DNA from: a virus
Taxonomy: Duplodnaviria > Caudoviricetes
IMG/VR virus record: IMGVR_UViG_3300028886_000045
Length of the DNA: 64,000 nucleotides
Direction: 5' to 3' (one strand)
Shown here: positions 63,617-64,000 of the stretch, one piece after another
Numbering within the stretch: the stretch's first letter is position 1
Layout: each line of letters opens with the position of its first letter
The notes under the pieces: model-generated
Seen by the model: the letters and a program-made list of their open reading frames with translations, nothing else
What the model was told of the DNA's origin: nothing
Databases searched by the model: none
Made by a program: the position numbers and the translations under genes

Positions 63617-64000
63617 TTAAGAAAAAACTGAATAATACCTTCTTGACGCTTGCCTTACACCTTGTTTATTTCTGCGTCCCTTGGTTGTGCCACCGCGTGA
63701 CTGCTCGTAGTACATATGACCCTCGCCCGCGTTATAACCCGTGGTTCGCTTTATATTAAGGTATTCGTCACGACCGAGTATCTTGGCAGCACGCGCAGGC
63801 GGTTCTTTGGCGTAAATCATCTTTGGCGTATTGACTTGTATCTCAGCCACGACCTTTCCAACCTTGACATTTACGATATTACCACTATACCCATCGAATT
63901 TGTCTGCCGTTTGCACCTTTGTCCTTATGTGCCTACTATCCGCGCCCAAATCCCTCAGTATCTTAGGAATATCCGCTTTGTTCGCAACAATCGTTGTCCT
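63617..64000 (-). CDS. RelA/SpoT-type small alarmone synthetase domain (5'-truncated by the window end)
   Basis: Frame open from 64000: RTTIV...GYSG.IVNV...AEIQVNT. Confidence 0.75.
   Translation of the reverse strand, partial: RTTIVANKADIPKILRDLGADSRHIRTKVQTADKFDGYSGNIVNVKVGKVVAEIQVNTPKMIYAKEPPARAAKILGRDEYLNIKRTTGYNAGEGHMYYEQSRGGTTKGRRNKQGVRQASRRYYSVFS

Noticed and set aside
1029-63759. Most plus-strand ORFs in the track
   Set aside because: They are antisense shadows of minus-strand genes with no promoters or motifs; only 54044-55036 are accepted.
1-64000. Stop-codon reassignment (TAG/TGA recoding as in some gut phages)
   Set aside because: Long genes (TerL, portal, TnpB, the 634-aa ORF) are intact in the standard code, and TAG/TGA stops abut downstream starts.

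Overview
A 64-kb segment of a large tailed phage (or prophage) infecting a Bacteroidota host. It carries about 29 Bacteroidetes-type TTTG-N20-TAnnTTTG promoters and uses the standard genetic code. Nearly all genes are on the minus strand. From 1 to about 48.7 kb is an accessory/early region of about 140 small, often paralogous ORFs, which also holds a Rep-like gene with an iteron origin, tRNA-Arg(CCU), an ABC/AAA ATPase, and a solo TnpB element that interrupts a small gene. From 49 to 53.5 kb is the packaging module (portal, a degenerate stand-alone Hint domain, TerL, TerS). From 55 to 64 kb are a DNA methyltransferase, a tandem C-lectin-like protein, and a translation-related island: RelA/SpoT synthetase, HD hydrolase, an unusual tRNA, ASCH, a GNAT-like protein, an N-formylglutamate amidohydrolase, a PP-loop protein, ParB, and small proteins sharing a C-terminal GGxRRAxGxKG tag. 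The main candidates for novelty are: (1) a tRNA with an initiator-type C1xA72 acceptor stem but an AAC (Val) anticodon, whose whole loop is complementary to a GUU codon 8 nt after a Shine-Dalgarno sequence at the head of a downstream gene, suggesting a dedicated non-AUG initiation system; (2) 14 copies of a 26-nt H-type pseudoknot with compensatory changes in both stems, always 8-10 nt before an AUG; (3) an array of ORF-less promoter/hairpin units that look antisense to translation starts; and (4) repeats identical to the 16S rRNA decoding-site sequence. All protein calls come from motif recognition by eye; no database searches were run.
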